Source: Phoronis australis (lineage: Eukaryota; Animalia; Phoronida). Taken from it: a stretch of 64,000 nucleotides of DNA. Shown here piece by piece: positions 37,716 to 50,400 of this stretch. The notes beneath the pieces are model-generated. The model was not told the DNA's origin. It was given only the letters and a program-made list of their open reading frames with translations, and did not search any database. Numbering within the stretch: position 1 is the first letter of the stretch; the number at the start of each line of letters is the position of its first letter. Location: assembly GCA_002633005.1 (NCBI GenBank), contig NMRA01000319.1, forward strand, positions 413,546-477,545. The letters are read 5' to 3'. The translations under genes were made by a program, and so were the position numbers.

Positions 37716-39479
37716 TTCCCGTACCAGGAAGCAAGACGCTGTCCGTCACTCTATCGTTGTGTAGTGCTAAGCAATATTTCACCATGTTGCTGATATGTCA
37801 AAAAATGGCTACGGTAATGTTTCACTTATTTTGCATGCAATATGGCCGACAAGTGGAATTAAAATTTCTTTTCAAAATGTATAGGTTAAGAAAGTGTTAG
37901 TCTACACGTGCATAGTTTTGTACTGTATAGACGCCATCAAGCAACATTTGGTGAAGTTTCCACTAGTTGTAGCAAACAGCCTTTGAAAAATGGAAAAAAA
38001 TGACAATTTTGGCAATTATTTTTGGCTGAAGTAATTGGAGAATGGCTATTGACTGGCAAAGTTTTCAATTATGGTAATGTGTTGCTGTTGTCTCCATATA
38101 TTTGTGTTGACTCCATATTGCGAGTGTCTGCCCCTTTCTCCTGGTATCCCAGAAAAACCACAACAAACCTGCGGTTTGGTGAACCCTTCTGTTTGAGTTT
38201 CAACTTAGCAAATAGTGGATATTTGTCTGCAACATCCTGAGCAAACCATGATGAGCCCACCACATCACCACAGTGTTTGAGCCGCACCGGGCACAGTCTT
38301 GATGGTGTATGCTCAATTATAAAGTTTCTTGGTATTTGGATATAAGCTTTAGAAAATTTGTTAGTTTTCCGTTTTTCAAAGGATGGTTGTTAGCAACACT
38401 CCAAATTTCACTGTTGTTTGTTGACTTATTATATCACAAACAGTGCAAACAGTTAAGTAAAAGTGTAATTAAAAAAATTATAAATTTGCTGCGAAACTAG
38501 AAAATAAGATTTCAATGCTCTGTGAAATTATGTAATATGTTGGAAGCTAAGCATTTCCCTAAGATGATATAAAAAGCATCGTTTGGGTCAGACATGGTGA
38601 TTTGAGTCACTTTCTCACATCTAGGTGGGGTTGATTATTTCAGGAATTAGTCTCTTGAGAAGCTGTGATTTTGTGATTTGACCTTGCCAAGTTCTCATCT
38701 GAAGTGGGTTTTGCATGAAATGTGTCAGTTTTTAGTGTATTTCAGTGTAGTGTTACTGATAACCTTTGGGTGGCAGCACTTGAAATTGAAAATTGAATCA
38801 TGGTATAACAACTGTTTATTATTTTTTTGGAGTTCAAGAATATGTGCTTCTGTGTAAGTGTGTGTTAATGTCAGTTACAAGTCATCTGGTTAACCTCCAG
38901 TGTGGGGTCAATACTTCAGGTCAATGGTTTTTCTTTCCTCACAGTAGGGTTGGTTGTATATTGTCTGTTTTTTCAAGTTTTCAAGTGCAAATGTACTTAC
39001 TCGTATTCCTGAGTGAACGTTTGATTGCTGTACTGCAAGATAAAGCACCTTCTTAAGATGTAACAAGTCTGCGTCGAAAATGAAACTGGCGCAAAATGAA
39101 CTGTGTTAAAACAATTTAATGACGCTAGTGTTTTTAGAATCATATACCACTTATTTAAGTTGAGTGCATTGCAATTAGAAGTCATTTGCTAGAGAAAAAT
39201 GTTTTGAGTTGAGGAAAAGTTGGAGTTTATTTCTTGCTTTGAGGGCATCAAGTGGCTGTGATGTAGCAGCTTTTTGTTTTCTCCTGGTCTTGACTTTATT
39301 GATTATTTAGTCACAGACTAAGGATACAGTTGCCGTAGCAATTGTATAAAAGGCTTTATTGCCAAATGCAGCTGGGTGTCTACCTGATATACTAGCCATT
39401 TGCATTTCCATAGTATTAAATTAGAAATGATTCTGGTGAGACAGGCCCTCATCTAGAGGGTGACTAGAAATGTACTCTT

Positions 39480-39995
39480 TAGTCCTGTCCACGCACACAC
39501 TACCCTTGAACAACTTCCACTCATGCATTTTACCCACTTCGAAGTGGAGTGTCCACACACGCATGTCGGGTTACTCTAGGGTAAGGCGCAAGTTGTCGCT
39601 CTGTGTACGACAATGAACAGCTAATGCGAGTACAGGGTGCAAAAGAAGACTCACGCACGCACATGCACACGCGCGCACACTCACACACACTCCCACACAC
39701 ATCCGATAATTGGAGTAAGGTGGAAGTTGACACTCTGTGCATGACAATGAACACACTGCACGCAAAACAATTATCTGTGTGTTACTGCAGCTGATAATTG
39801 CACTTGCACCTTGCCTCAGGTTTGCGCCCACACACAGGAATTAGAAGTGTCGCAAGTTACCATAGAACAAGTTACTCGTAAGTTGTCACTAGTGGGATAA
39901 GTTGCACTAGTTTAAACAGCGTCCGCACTACATCCAAACCTTGTGACAACTCGTTTCAGGAGTAACTTGTTCTACGGTAAATCTGTACGCGAACA
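39480..39995. mobile_element. Dispersed repeat/TIR element with an internal CA-rich tract; relative of 24230-24621
   Basis: Inverted homology to 24230-24621; (CA)-rich at about 39650-39700. Confidence 0.8.
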
Positions 39996-41310
39996 AAAAT
40001 TTCGACAGCCTAGCTAGAACCGTCCTGTTCAACATTTGGACACTCAAGTAAAGAATGCAAGTGAGCATTGTTGTCTCTTGCCAGCACTAGCTGCAGGAGC
40101 TTATTGACCAGTCCAGAATAAACAAGTTATTTTAGATCTCATGTAAGATACAAAAACTTTATCTCAGAACCATGTCTCCACAGCAACACTGCACACTCTA
40201 GCTTTAATTGACTTGAGGTCATAAAAAACCACTAATGGGACCTCAGACTTTGTTTGGCAACCCATGGCCTTGTGATTGTGTCACCACTATTGACTAGTGG
40301 GTCACTCATGTGATGGTGCCATCAACTTTGGTCCAAGTTGGTCAAGAATGTGTCAACATCCTGCTGTCAAGATGGCTACTTCTTATGTAACACCATATGC
40401 TTGCTACATGTATACAGTGACAGGGCATTTCCAGCCATCCTTCCTTATATTAAGGACATCTAAATATGAAGTGGAAATTGATGCTGGTTGATTATACACT
40501 GGTTAATTTTATTTGCTTCCATGTGAGTTTGGCTTAGTTCTTGTCCTCCTGACTTTCTAGAGGGCTATATATTCCTTTCTCTTTGGGAGGTTTATGTGTG
40601 GTAAATTTTTGGGCAGAAAATTCTAAGATTAATGACTTGTTCATTTTCATTAGGCTTCCAGCGTTGTTGTGAATGCTCACAGATTGTCGAAACAGTGTCT
40701 GGAGACAGATGCAGCATTTAATGTAACAATCTTTAATGGCATGTACTTGTCCACTATTCTTTGTCCTAATGTATAATTTTAACTTAAATACAAAATATAT
40801 TGCATAACAATATAAGTACCTGTCTGAGCTGTGTTTTGTTGACCGAAGAAACTCGTGAAAACGTGACACCACGCTAAACTTGAAAGATTTCGTCATCCAT
40901 TTCCATCGAAGCATATGATCACGGTTGCTTTTCTTGCAAGTGTCTTGGGTCTACGGAAGGCAGTGGTGCCGAGTCCAAATGTTGGAGATGAAACTCTCAT
41001 TTCTACCTAAATGATTGGAGATTTCAGCTCTCTCTGTTGGGAGTCTCTGTCTTGAAACTCCTTATCAGCTATAATCATAAGCACATACAATTTACCCACA
41101 GAGGAAGGGGTTAACCATCACTGTGTGGTTTCTAAGTTTTCTTAAAATGTCTGTGGAAATTATCTGCAGTGGGAGGAATGTTGACATTTTGGTCATTTGT
41201 GATGAACAGAGGTTTTGAACATGTCGATAATTTAAGAGATTTTCTTTTAAAATTTAAGCTAAACTTGCTAAGCACTGTTACTGAAACGCCTGTGTCACGT
41301 GTCATTACAG

Positions 41311-41494
41311 ACATCCGCCAACAGTTGACAGACCAGCTGAAGTCGCTGGAGATGCGGCTCGACATGCAGGTTTCCATGGTGAGCGAGCTGCAGGACTTCT
41401 TCCGCCGGCGGGCCGAGATTGAGATGGAGTATTCGCGCAGTCTCGAGAAGCTAGTCAAGTCAATTATGGTCAAGCACAAGGCCGAGAAACAGAG
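41311..41494 (+). CDS. SRGAP: srGAP exon, F-BAR/FCH N-terminus (IRQQLTDQ...KAEKQ)
   Basis: ttacag|ACATC...AGAG|gtgagt; starts in phase 1, ends in phase 2; FCH motif DFFRRRAEIEMEYSRSLEKL. Confidence 0.95.
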
Positions 41495-44400
41495 GTGAGT
41501 CTTCCACTCCTACTTGACGCTGTAAACAATATGGGGCGTATTATTTGTAGCAACATCAAGAGATTACTGAATAAGAGTCATCAAGTTGTAACGGAAGCCG
41601 CCTTTTCGGGTCATATTGTGTCACTGAGAGATCCTTGCACCAACAACAAAAGACTGATAACAGTTGTATTGAATAGGGGTCTGAATAGAACACCATTGTG
41701 TGCGGGTCTTATTCGCAGCTGTTTGAATTAAAATATGATTCTCGCAGTGATGTAGACAAAAGCAAACCAATACGCCCTAACAGTTCGTTACATTTGATAA
41801 TTTACGGTATATTACTAGTGGGCTCAGAGCGATGCTCTGAATATACCGTAGGATCCAAATTTATTGGTTTTACCATTCAAGGTAGGCTTTAAGTGAAAAT
41901 TTATAACACTGCTTTCACACGAAGATTGAAAACTAAAAGGGAAAGTGTTTGAAAAGGAAGAGGCTGTCCTTGGTAAGACTTTATGTTAAGGTGACCATAA
42001 GCCAATGTTCTGTCAGAGCACCTAAGGTTTAGACTACGTACCGCTATAAAAATGGTCTCAACTTGTGCCTTACTTGGACGAGAAGCGATTTTTGGTCTTG
42101 CAAAGAACTGACTGTTCGTTATTGCTCGAAACCACACACCATAAAATGACACGCCATGACACGTTGGGTTTTAGAGCCTGGTCTCCTGCAATAACAAGCG
42201 GTCATTTTTTCTTCGGATAGAAAACCCATCTATTGTGACTAAGGAACAATTTGAGACCAATTTCGTAACGGTAAGCGGTCTAAATCTACGGTTGGTTGGT
42301 GTGACGGAAAGCAGGTATGTGGACGCTTTAATATATTTTTTCCACAAGTATAGCATGCCTTGGTTACTGCGTCAAAAAAATTGTTTCCGCTTTCTCCGCT
42401 ATTCAGACGAGAGCAATGGCCGCAGTTCTCAACGTACACCGCGTGGCAGCACCTGTTAGGGTTCACACGTAAGGAGAGCAAGGACCACCAACTGCTGGGC
42501 GATATCTACAACACTCAGATGTGCTACCGGCTGGGGGACATCATGGATGACACGGGCCGCATGTACCGCAAGGTGAGTGGGGCTGCGCTTACCTTTTGAG
42601 ACTCATTGTTAAATTGAATAAATTAATGGTGGAGATGCGTGTACTCATCTTGGACTCAGAACTAAGTACGACTTCTGTTTGGACGTGTATGTATTTCAAT
42701 GGCTAGCCAAAAATGATGTTTATTTCGAAAGGTATAACTTGAAACCGAAGCTCTGAAAGACGTTGATTTAACATTTGTCTTCTACTTTTCTACAATTGTG
42801 TTGTCTAGAGTGTTTTTGCTGTTCTTAAAGTGGCACTTCAAGCAAGAAGCAAACTTTTGATTTAGACCATTTTCCGCCTGTTCCTTACTCAGATTGGAAT
42901 CCATTTCTCAGTTTGCATAGCAGCGACTGTTTTGTATTCCTTGTGACCGTACTCGGCGCATAAAATAACACGCTGTGCAAAGATGACTTGTAGAGCCTCG
43001 TCTCGGGTCATAACCAACTATAAAGCCTCTTGAAGCTATGAAATCATCTCCAATTTGACTAAAGAGCATTCCAATACTAATTTTACTCTGGGTTTATGGT
43101 TTATGATTTATAATTGAAAGGAGCAGATTGATTTTGGGGCTCCTAAAATGTGCGCAGTCTCAGTTTAAGTTTTCAACATTTATTTTCCATCTCTGAGTTA
43201 GTTAGCTTTGTCTAGATTTAGCTTGTTATCCGTTTTCTTTGATGTTGTAACTGGTCGTTACAAATTTACTCCTAATTTTGTGGTTTTGAATTGTGCCATA
43301 AATGGTCTCATCTAGTGGCCATCATGGCCGTTACCAGGACGGCCAGTCATAAGTAATGACAGTCAAGATAAAATCACAGGCTGTTTGAAGACAACCTGGG
43401 CAAAAACAGCAGCTAAGCGGAAAATTTTAACTGTTTTGATTGATTAATCGAGATTACAAACTAGTGCTGTCTTGTTTTACCGTAAATGTCACGCTGACGA
43501 TCGACAAATGCTTTCAGCCATGATTTTGGGGGAACACCTCCCTGTCCTGTGACATTGGGTGACCTCATGCGGAATACCCGCTTATGGGTGTGTTTGTCTT
43601 GCAAATTCAGACCCCCACTTTTCAAATCCTTGATGAGTGTGTGGTGCCGTGACATCGTGAGGCGCTTGCTTTGATTGGTGTGTTTACTTCCAGTGTCGTG
43701 AAGTTGCAATGGAAAGTCACGAAGAAATTTATAAAGTGCTAACAGAATTACAGTCGGTAAGTAATCTGTGTGCTGTGGTAATTTAATCCCCTATTCAGCC
43801 CATGATGTGGAATTCATCTTGTCAAACAATCAATGGTCTTGTCACAACATTCTCCTTCTCAGAATGTGGGACTCTGTCTCGAACATCTTATTTAAACATG
43901 ACTCAAGTGCCCTCTATGGGGTTCTTGATTAGATTGTACGACATTAAACCGATTCTCACTTGTTTGTTTTTGTTTTCATTCTCGAGGTTTTTGAGTACTA
44001 CTTGGGTGTAACTGGAGCCTCAAGATGCAGAGAGTTTCTCTTTGAAATATATTCATTTTACACTCTTGTCATGCATCCGCACTTAATAATGAATTTGTAA
44101 TTTTAGTCTGGTGGTCGGTGGTGGTCAGTTTTCCATGGTATCAAAAATGACAACGTTGGCACTCTCTTTACTTGAAAGCAGTTATAAATCTGAATTTCCT
44201 TTCAAGAAGCGAACTTTTCATTTGGACCGCATGTCAAGTTTGTTATTTCTTGCGACCGCCGGCGAAATAACACGCCATAACCAGTCAACTTCTTGAACGT
44301 AAGCTCCAGTACTAACAAACTGTCAGTTCTTTCAAAGTGCTGAAGTCACAACAATTTGAGACTAACTTCATTCCGGATAGTGTTCCAAATCAAAACGTGT

Positions 44401-47400
44401 TTGTTTGTGTTGGAAGGCAGGTTTATAGAGTATGTGTAGAGTTCACAAAACTAACAAGTGTTCTTGTACGACTGGTTCCTGGTTTAATTTGGGAGAGCAG
44501 TCTGATCATGATCAGGTTCTGGTGTTTCTGAGTTGAACACTATTTGTGACAAACTATTCAATTGAACTTGAAATCTGAAGATGTCCTATTGCAATGAGTG
44601 AAAGATCTGAAGATTTATTTGAATGCGCACCTATGCAACAGCAATACAACTTTGTAGTCATTTTTGCCAATTTCCTTACAGCTTAATTAACCTAGGAATT
44701 CATTAGTACAGATAAGACGTGATTTGTCTCATCATGTTCAACTTGTATATCATGACACAAGAAGCTCGTCATGTGACATGGAGAAAATAAAGACCTGATT
44801 TTAGGGAGCAACTGCATGCCGGTTAATTACTTCCTTCTTGTTATTCTTGTTTAGCTGGAGATTTACTTGGTATTACAGTATTCATAATTACATTGATCTT
44901 TGCAGGCATTGAAGACATACCACATATACCACACGGAGAGCAAACAAGCCGAGAACAAACTTAAAAGTGCCGAGCACCAAAAACTGAAAGTTGAACAGCA
45001 GACGGGCAAGGGCACTGTTAGTAGGAAGTACAAGGCTGTGGAAAAGGAGACTGAGAAGGTGTGGCTTGGGATTTGATTGACAAGTGAAGCCCGCCCCTTT
45101 AACCATGTATGGTGCTGGGTTTTGTGAAGCTAAATGTTGGAATTAAGCATGTGATTAATGGGCAAAGTTCTTCCCTCTCACCTGGTTTGGATTTTTTTAA
45201 TTACCTAACTAGAAATTCGTCGCGAACCAGTGCTTCTTTTTTTTCCAGCGTCAACTGAAGTATCAAGAGAATAAAGTGCGTTCATTGAAGGCGCGAAATG
45301 AGTACCTGATGTGTATCGATGCGGCCAATGCAGCCAACAGGAAGTACTTTGTGGAGGACCTTTCAGACATCATAGACGTAAGTACGCACTCATTGGTTTG
45401 TGCTGGACCCTTCTGGCATCATAAATGTAAAGATTAGTTGTCAACGCTGTGCTTGAAATTTTTTGTATTTCCCCTCGAACAACCCTCTCTCTTGTAATGG
45501 AGCTGGTGGGTTTTTAAAACATTTTTATTTTGTCCACTTTTCATTACGCTCAATTTTGTTACAATTAACGCAGCTTGTTTTGTCAGTTGAAAGAAAAATA
45601 TTTCTGTGAAGGTTTGAGAATAAAATGTTTTGAATCACTCGCATATTTCACTGGTGGATGCATGAGAGAAACGAACTCAATTGTATTTTCCTCTAATTAA
45701 TTCTCCTTTGCAACCTCATTCTTTGTATATTCTTTAAGATAGGAGGATTGCTTTGCATGTAACAGGCTCAGTATTTAACTTCTTTACCCCACGACCCCTC
45801 ATTCCATGTGACCTCTAACCCTTCATGACTCCTACTGTCCTCTGACCCCTGTATGACCTCCACTTTCAGTGCATGGACCACGGTTACCACAACGCGTTGC
45901 AGCGCTCTATGTTACTCTACCTGTCTTGTGAGGAAGGCCTTCAGAAGTCACGTGCCGACCGCGTCCAGCGCATGAACCAGTGCATCGGTGACCTCGACGC
46001 ACGGACAGACAAACAGAACTTCCTGGAGGCGAACAGTGCTCTCTTCTCGCTTCCGAAAAAGTTTGAATTCCAGTCACACAAAGGCGACGAGGTGAGCGAA
46101 GCGTGTCACTGAAAATGTTTTAGACATTGATGGCTACTTCTCCTTCATTAGATCACTTCCCGCCAAACCGACTGAATCTGTTGGCCTTAAGTTTATTAAG
46201 CCAAAAAAACGACCCATGAGCTTCAGTCTAACCACGCCTTATCCACAGAAAAGCAGATATTTCAAGCATCAAGCCGTGAAATAATGCGAGCTAAAATGTG
46301 TTTTATTTGCCGTACTCGATTTTTGTGACTTGTCGCAAAGTTAAATCGGCATTAGACACTGACCATTATGTAAAACGTATATCCCCGTTGTAGCTATCAT
46401 TTTATGGTGCAGTTTCTAATTTAGCTTTAACATGTTTTCAGATCTGCCAAATAAGTGCCCAGAAGTCTGTTCAGGATGAGCTCATCCAAAGGTTTGAGAG
46501 TATGAACTCTCGGCTGAATCAGCTGAAGCTAGAGAATGATGAGGTAAGACCGTGAGGCTCTACATGTGGGGGTATGGTGAGGAAAGACAGCGAGGCTCTA
46601 CATGTCAACCCCCTACTCTGAGCTCCGTGTGTCAAATTTTGAATTTTCACTAGCAATCGGTTTATGACAAAGTAATCGAGCGTGATTATTGGTTATGGTG
46701 AAGTTGCTGTGTGTTTCACTCGTGCTTAAATGTGTCATAGTAACTTGACCCGTGGTCACCTGAGGTACAACTGGACATTTAACCTTTGATTAAGATTCTG
46801 TTGGACCCTAAGAAAAATATTATATTTGCCTAACATCGGAACGACATAACTCGGAAAGTGTTGTGGATTGTATTCAAGTGAAACCTTGAGATATTCTGTT
46901 TTATGCACTGTTCTGCTGTTAAGTTTTGTTTTTAAAATGTTTCACTTTTACATGAGGTGGTATCAAACAATAGGAGTTTTTGAAAAACGTCTAACGTTGC
47001 TTGAAACGAAAATGAAATGTTGTTGTACAAAACTAACGGCGTTTTTTGAGATTTCATCTTTAAGACGTGTATCAAAAAGTTTGATCGTGTTGTCTATACC
47101 ATTGCTTTGTTATTGATCATTTCTTTTTCCTGAATTTTTATAAACAGTTGTGGTCATGTGACTCAATTAATGGCAGTTTGGTAAAAAGTCAAAATCAAGT
47201 TCTACGGGCGTAATACTTTCAAAAATATGTACTTATATTGATTGAAAATCCACGGTGTTGTTGATATTTGAAATTTTGGATCAAAGTTCAGTGTGAAAAT
47301 GTTCCCTAACTTGAGCACCACCGTTCTTCTCAGACATGGAAGTCGTTCGAGGAGGCGGACAAGTCACTGATCACCATGATCAATGTGAAGGACTACGAGG

Positions 47401-50400
47401 TCAGCGAGCTCTTCGTCGAGAGCAATCAGCCGCCCAAATCACCGCAGGACCGAGAGAAGCGTAGTCGCGACCGCTTGGAGCTGGAGGACTACTATATGAA
47501 GGTTTGTGGGACTTCCTGGATAGAAATACCCGTTGTCATCATCTGCACCCCATCTTGGTTGATCGTAATTTATCAAAAAATATTTTTATGTACATTCATA
47601 TCAACCATTTTATGAATTCATGTGAGTGGCATGATATGGTATAACTTCATAGAAGGTGAAAAATCAGTTGTTATATGTTATGATTCATATGATTCACGGT
47701 TAGAACAGGTTTTCCATGAATGATGCTAAGAGGGATGATCATTTATAATCATTCTGATATGAATTCACGTCAGCTGGGGGTGTACTGTTTTGTAACGGAT
47801 AATCGTATCAAATACGGCAGTTTTATAACTTGCTCATCTATCTGTTTTATAGGTTTTACATCCAGGCTCAGTCTCACATATAGGTGCATTGACCTAAGTG
47901 CTTTTGTATACAGTATTCATCTGCCTGTGTTGACGTAAAAAAGAAATTAGAGAGTAAAGACGACTAGGCTCAGTCCTCCTGTAGTGCCTTGTGAAATTCG
48001 AAGTTGTACAATACAATTGACTGTCAGAGAAAGTTCTCTGTCTGTTTAGTCACAAAAGTTGGGGGACATGGGCAAGAATATGTTGTAAGCTTGCTGTGTG
48101 AAATTAAACTTCGCTACATGTGGATTTTCAAAATTAGGTTATTTTAGTTAGACAGCTTATCAAAGGCCAATTTTTTATCAACGAGCACAGTTTAATTACA
48201 CTTTTGAAATTAAGTCAATTGTTGATACAATCTCCGCATGCCTTATTACCTTGTATCTTTCGTTGCAGAAATTCCGTGCGTACATTATCCAGGGTGACTT
48301 GAGTGTGAGGCTGACGGCCAAAAAGAACGCTATTCAAAAAGCAATAGGAGATGGGGCGGTCTCGAAGAGCGCAAGGTTCGTTGGACTGTTTTTCTCTGAA
48401 ACTTGTGTAGGGTGTTAATCAAAAACAATCCACGGGTCATCAATAGAAATAAAGTCGCAGTATGTCTGTGAGCTGTGTCTCATGACCAGCCCTGTAGTCC
48501 AGCCATTAGAAGACTGGCAGACCGTAGTTTGAGAACTAGTTTGATGCCTGTTATTGAGTGGAAGAAAATGGTTCTCAAAGTCCAGGGACTATAGGTAATA
48601 AGTTTATCGCTGGTCCAAAGCCTCTGGGCACATATACAAAATTACAAACAGATTCAATAAACATTCAAAATAGCTAGATGTTTCTACAGAAGTGACGTAC
48701 AGACTTGTGTTTGGAAGAGAATTATGCGCATTTGTTGAAAGTCAACTCACGGAATTTTTCATTTTTCCAGACCTCCCTCCCTCCCACCAAAGCCACGCAA
48801 AAAGAGGATAGGTAAAGCTCCTTTAGTAGGTCAACCAAAGCTGTTTGGTGGAAGTTTAGAAGAATATATTGAGGTAAGGGCATGCTGGTTTCTTGTTCAG
48901 CAAATCAAAGCTCATTTTGATATTGCTTTGACTTTGCGTGTGGGTGATATTTTTATTAAAACATGTTTTATTGTAATGATTAAGATACGCATAAGTTTTT
49001 ATCATTCGTTGTAAATTTTTTTATACATCTAATCAATGAGGTGTGAAAAAAGGGTTCAATGACCAAGTTATTATGATAGTCAAATTCGTTAGGATTAGTG
49101 AAGGTCAATTTTTGGCTTACTATATTTGTTTGCTCTAAAAGTTTTGCTTATGGAGGGCCTGATTTAAGACGGTTGAATTCTGTTGTGATTCGGCATTCAT
49201 TGTCACTAGTCGAAAATAATCTCATGATTTAAGTATGCTACCCACAATTTCACAGCGATGGCTCTCATTAGAACAATCTTGTGTGCTGCTGTCAGGCTGT
49301 CTCATTATGTTGTAACCCACGCTGTTGTGAGCTGTAATGAGTGGAAAAAATGACGAAAATGTATCTTTGTCAGCGCGCAGGCATTAATGAGTCTGTTGTG
49401 TATTACAGGCGACCAATCAGGACATCCCGCCAGTCATCAAGAGTTGCGTAAGAGTCATCAACCTACACGGTAAATAGCGGGTGATTAAGTTGTTGATTCC
49501 GCGCTGACTCCAGAGTTAAACGTCATTATAGTGGCAGAGTTGGTAATTATTGTTAATAGACGTTCTTGTGTAACTTGAGACAGTAGAAAACAAGATATGT
49601 TCATTAGCGTGTCTTGTTTTGGAAACTGATGTGTTAGTCGTGTAGGTGAATAATGCATTGAAGTTCGTGGCTATTGAGTGTAATCTGACACTGTTCTTAT
49701 GGATACATTTTTCTTCCTTCCCCCCCCCACTCCTGTTACTTTTCACCCCTCCCTCTATCCTGCAGTCTCTGTATATTTGTTCTTATGTCTCTTCCCTCTC
49801 CTTTTCTGTCTCCCCCTGCCTCTCTCAGTCTGCTTCTTTCTCATCTTTTCCATGAGGTCACATCTTCTCAAGATGGGCGGAGCTTCCCTAATCAATCACA
49901 CTTTTATGCTGTTCCAGGAATGCACCACATGGGGGTGTTCCGAGTGTCTGGGGCCATTCCAGAGATCAATGAGTTCAAGGCAGCGTTTGAGAAAGGTAAC
50001 TTTAAGGGTTGGGGTCTATGATTGGCTAATAAATGAGTCATGTGACGACTGCTTGGGTGAACCCCTCCAGGTTAGGAGGTTGTTTAGTCTCCTGTTGTTC
50101 AGCCGGCTGTACCTTAGACTATTGTAGCTTATATGTTAACTGGTTCATAATTCATTAAGGGGTTTTTGAAAATGGGTTATCAATTAGTGTGAAGATAGGA
50201 TACAATTAAGTTTTTGTTTAAGTTTCAAAGTTTTATCAAAAAAGTAGTATCGCATTCCGAGTCTTGCTTTTGACCTTGTTGCCTAGAATGTGAGTAAATT
50301 TGAGAACATCTCGACACAAAGTGTTTTGAAAGAAACTGAACACATTCCCTTTTGATCTTTCATTAACTAGGCGAGGATCCGCTGGTCGACGTTACCGATG

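Noticed and set aside
44576-44615. Second hammerhead-like motif (CTGAAGA...GAAAGATC)
   Set aside because: Stem I and stem II pairings are not convincing
49646-50127. Hydrophobic ORFs of 69-142 aa
   Set aside because: They come from an intronic CT-rich tract; only 49918-49995 is a real exon
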